Shown here piece after piece: positions 61,785 through 64,000 of a DNA stretch of 64,000 nt. The DNA is taken from assembly GCA_963727625.1 (NCBI GenBank), contig CAVSHR010000011.1, forward strand, positions 96,001 through 160,000, in the 5' to 3' direction. The notes under the pieces are model-generated. The model searched no databases. It saw only the letters and a list, made by a program, of their open reading frames with translations, and was not told the DNA's origin. The position numbers and the translations under genes were made by a program. The stretch's first letter is position 1. Every line of letters starts with the position of its first letter. Origin of the DNA: an uncultured delta proteobacterium. GTDB taxonomy: Bacteria; Desulfobacterota; Binatia; UBA9968.

Positions 61785-61827
61785 AGACAAAAAGGCCTGC
61801 GTCTTGAAAACGCAGGCCTTTTTGTCT
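61785..61827. terminator. Bidirectional intrinsic terminator
   Basis: Perfect 18-bp IR: AGACAAAAAGGCCTGCGT-N7-ACGCAGGCCTTTTTGTCT. Confidence 0.88.
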
Positions 61828-61856
61828 TATCGGCTTTGTAACGGTCAGCGGAAGAA

Positions 61857-62693
61857 CTAGAAAAACGCTAGAGTGCGCATTTCGATGCTTTCGCGCGGCG
61901 GCGCGTCAACTGGACTGGCCGGGTCGTCAAAGGCGCAGTGGGCGGTCCAGCGAGCCCGCCCGTCTTTCAACGAGTCAAAGCATTTAAACACCATCGCTTC
62001 GTTGCGCTGCATCTTGGGAAAGTAGTACCAGCGATGCGCGGGGTTGAAGGTCGAGTGATACACTTCGCCGACCCGATTCGGGTAGACCCGTGAGCTGGCG
62101 ACCAGCTCCTTGATACCGATGCTGCGGGCATCGGCGATCGCGAGCGGTTCGCGCTCTACTGGATGGCGAATCGGCCGCCAGGTCTGAATCACGGCGAAAC
62201 GATACTTGAGCAACTCCTCGGCCTCGTCGGGCAGAAGGTCGCGTACGCGCTGCGGTCCGGACCACTCGGTGTAATCGTTGTGCGCGTTGCGCACCGGTCC
62301 GCCGATTTGCTGCGATTCACGTATGGCGCTGTCGGCGGAGCGCAGCGTGTGGTCGAAAACCAGGACCCGTTTAGCGCCGGATTTTTCTTTCACGAGTTGC
62401 TCGGTTTCCGGATAATAGATTGCGCGCACTTCGGCTTCGTCGTAGAAATTAGTTACCTTGGTTTCATGCTTTACCAAGATGAAACCTTCGCGATCGAGTG
62501 ACAGCCGGTCGGCGATGGCCCGGCCGTCATAGACCGGTATTTTGTATTCCTGATATTTGCCCTTACGCTTTTGGTCCGCCTCGGCGGCGCCGACACCGCC
62601 GTAACTGGCCGGTTTGTCGCCGGTGTCGATCAAGTAATTGAGCATGGCCTCGATGGCCGGCGCTTGGTCTGCGATCGGTTCGGCTCGCGACAT
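61857..62693 (-). CDS. CmcJ/NvfI/AsaB-family oxidoreductase
   Basis: LDREGF, FDHTLR, AHNDYT, HRWYYFP, TAHCAF and RESIEMR; GGAGG RBS before ATG 62693. Confidence 0.85.
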   Translation of the reverse strand: MSRAEPIADQAPAIEAMLNYLIDTGDKPASYGGVGAAEADQKRKGKYQEYKIPVYDGRAIADRLSLDREGFILVKHETKVTNFYDEAEVRAIYYPETEQLVKEKSGAKRVLVFDHTLRSADSAIRESQQIGGPVRNAHNDYTEWSGPQRVRDLLPDEAEELLKYRFAVIQTWRPIRHPVEREPLAIADARSIGIKELVASSRVYPNRVGEVYHSTFNPAHRWYYFPKMQRNEAMVFKCFDSLKDGRARWTAHCAFDDPASPVDAPPRESIEMRTLAFF

Positions 62694-62715
62694 TTTAAAC
62701 CTCCGCCGACGGGCG

Positions 62716-63357
62716 CTATCTTCTCGGCAGCATCTCGCAGGGCGTTTGCCTTGGCCCCAGGCTCTCGTAGTAGCCATTCTTTTCGGGAATGTAGCGGCCC
62801 TGGTTGAACTCGCCGCCTTTCTGGCTTCGGATAATCACCGCTACGGTGCGCTCGCCGACGGTGATTTCGGTATGGACCTCGTAGGGTTTGACCAGATCGA
62901 TCTCGCCCGGACCGACGAGCAGGTTGCTGCTCTCACGAATCTCGGCGTAATCGGGCTTGGAGCGGTCGTCGAGCCGGTCGTAGCGCACCACCCTCTCGCG
63001 GCCGTCGAGCACGCCGTAGAGCGTGTAAATATGGGCGTGGTCGTGGATCCGCGCGGGCCGGCCGTGGCGCGCGTCGCCCTTGGTGAGACCATTGATGGCG
63101 AAACCGTAATCCGGATCTTCGTAGAACAGTAAGTTTTCCGCGCGCCCGTCGGCGGGTACGCAGTCAGGCCAGTGCTTCGACGCCTCGATGACTTCGGGGT
63201 CTGCCAACAGCTCAGCCAAAATCGGCCGCAGCCCGTTCCAGCGTTTGTCCAAATCCGCTTCGTTGGCGAACAGGGCCCGGGTTTTTCGCACGAAGCATTC
63301 CATGGCGTTTTCGCTTTGGTTTTGAGTTTGGCTCTGCATCACAGTCTGAGTTTCCAT
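62716..63357 (-). CDS. Cysteine-dioxygenase-like cupin protein
   Basis: LFYEDPDYGFAIN, IHDHAH..TLYGVLDG.E and VHTE motifs. Confidence 0.75.
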   Translation of the reverse strand: METQTVMQSQTQNQSENAMECFVRKTRALFANEADLDKRWNGLRPILAELLADPEVIEASKHWPDCVPADGRAENLLFYEDPDYGFAINGLTKGDARHGRPARIHDHAHIYTLYGVLDGRERVVRYDRLDDRSKPDYAEIRESSNLLVGPGEIDLVKPYEVHTEITVGERTVAVIIRSQKGGEFNQGRYIPEKNGYYESLGPRQTPCEMLPRR

Positions 63358-63366
63358 GATTCCTCC

Positions 63367-64000
63367 CTATAGCTGCAACGGCTGTTGGTTGTTTTCGGTT
63401 CTGTCGTTGTAAATCGCGTTCGCAGCGCCATAAAAGCGCGCGCAGTTGTCCCAAAGGATCTTGCGCTTGTCTTCATCCGATAGCGATAGTTTGAGAAAAC
63501 TCTCGACGGCGTGGGGATATTTCGAATCGCCGTGCGGATAGTCGGTGGAAAAGACCAGCTGATCGCAGCCGAACTCTTCGATGGTGTGGCGCGCCGGGGT
63601 CTCATCCGGTTCGACGGAGATGAAGCATTGGCGCTTAAAGTATTCGCTCGGCGCCAATTTGAGGTCTTGCATGAAGATATCGCCTTCGCGCTCGTAACCT
63701 TCATCCAGGCGCCAAAGCAGCCAGGGCAGCCAGGAGCAGTTCGCTTCAAGGAACGCGACCTTCATGTTCGGGTGGCGCTCCAATATGCCGCCGCCGAGAA
63801 AACTGCCCAGACCGAGCATCTGTTCGAAGGGCTGGGCGTAGACGCGGCGCATGCCGAAATTGGGCTCGAAATTCTCGGCGCATTGGCGCGAGCGCGATGC
63901 CGAAGCTTCGTGAAAGCCCAGCGGTAGATTGAGCTCCTCGAGCGTCTCCCAGAGCGGTTCATAGGCGGGGTCGTACCAGTTCTTGCCGTTGACGATGTTC
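63367..64000 (-). CDS. Amidohydrolase_2 family protein (5' end outside the window)
   Basis: GGILERHP, LEANCSWLP, STDYPH and ILWDNC; the frame appears to extend to the window edge. Confidence 0.85.
   Translation of the reverse strand, partial: NIVNGKNWYDPAYEPLWETLEELNLPLGFHEASASRSRQCAENFEPNFGMRRVYAQPFEQMLGLGSFLGGGILERHPNMKVAFLEANCSWLPWLLWRLDEGYEREGDIFMQDLKLAPSEYFKRQCFISVEPDETPARHTIEEFGCDQLVFSTDYPHGDSKYPHAVESFLKLSLSDEDKRKILWDNCARFYGAANAIYNDRTENNQQPLQL

Overview
A GC-rich bacterial chromosomal window. Gene order and the many amidohydrolase, cupin and CoA-transferase paralogs suggest a 'Deltaproteobacteria'-type organism, possibly Candidatus Binatia (inference only). The core is housekeeping: tRNA-Leu(GAG)-secG-tpiA-pgk, tolQRAB-pal-cpoB, ribF, an RluA-family gene, rho, rpsB-tsf-pyrH-frr-uppS-cdsA-dxr-rseP-tsaB, ilvBN/ilvC-psd-pssA-leuAB-asd-truA, leuCD and a liv-type ABC transporter. 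Accessory regions lie at 1-10.9 kb (MgtE pair, sugE pseudogene, lspA, adenine-deaminase-like, bactofilin, UbiD, kinase, GGDEF-EAL, HTH) and at 52-64 kb (orphan catabolic enzymes). I saw no rRNA, CRISPR array, intact transposase or integrase. The most interesting signals are non-coding. (1) A ~240-nt element with nested inverted repeats and a TCA direct repeat lies upstream of ilvC; it may be a MITE or an unknown structured RNA. (2) Two stand-alone Xis/BldC-like HTH genes each sit behind a sigma54 -24/-12 box, and one is preceded by a ~10.2-bp phased repeat ladder. Further sigma54 boxes lie before a GGDEF-EAL gene and a repeated coiled-coil gene; the coiled-coil promoter and the first HTH promoter carry IHF-like sites one helical turn apart. 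Together these suggest an undescribed sigma54 regulon. (3) There is a small CxxC ORF missing from the ORF track, an IF1/zeta-like helix fused to a Zn ribbon, and tandem-repeat hairpins. All family assignments come from reading motifs by eye; no database searches were run.
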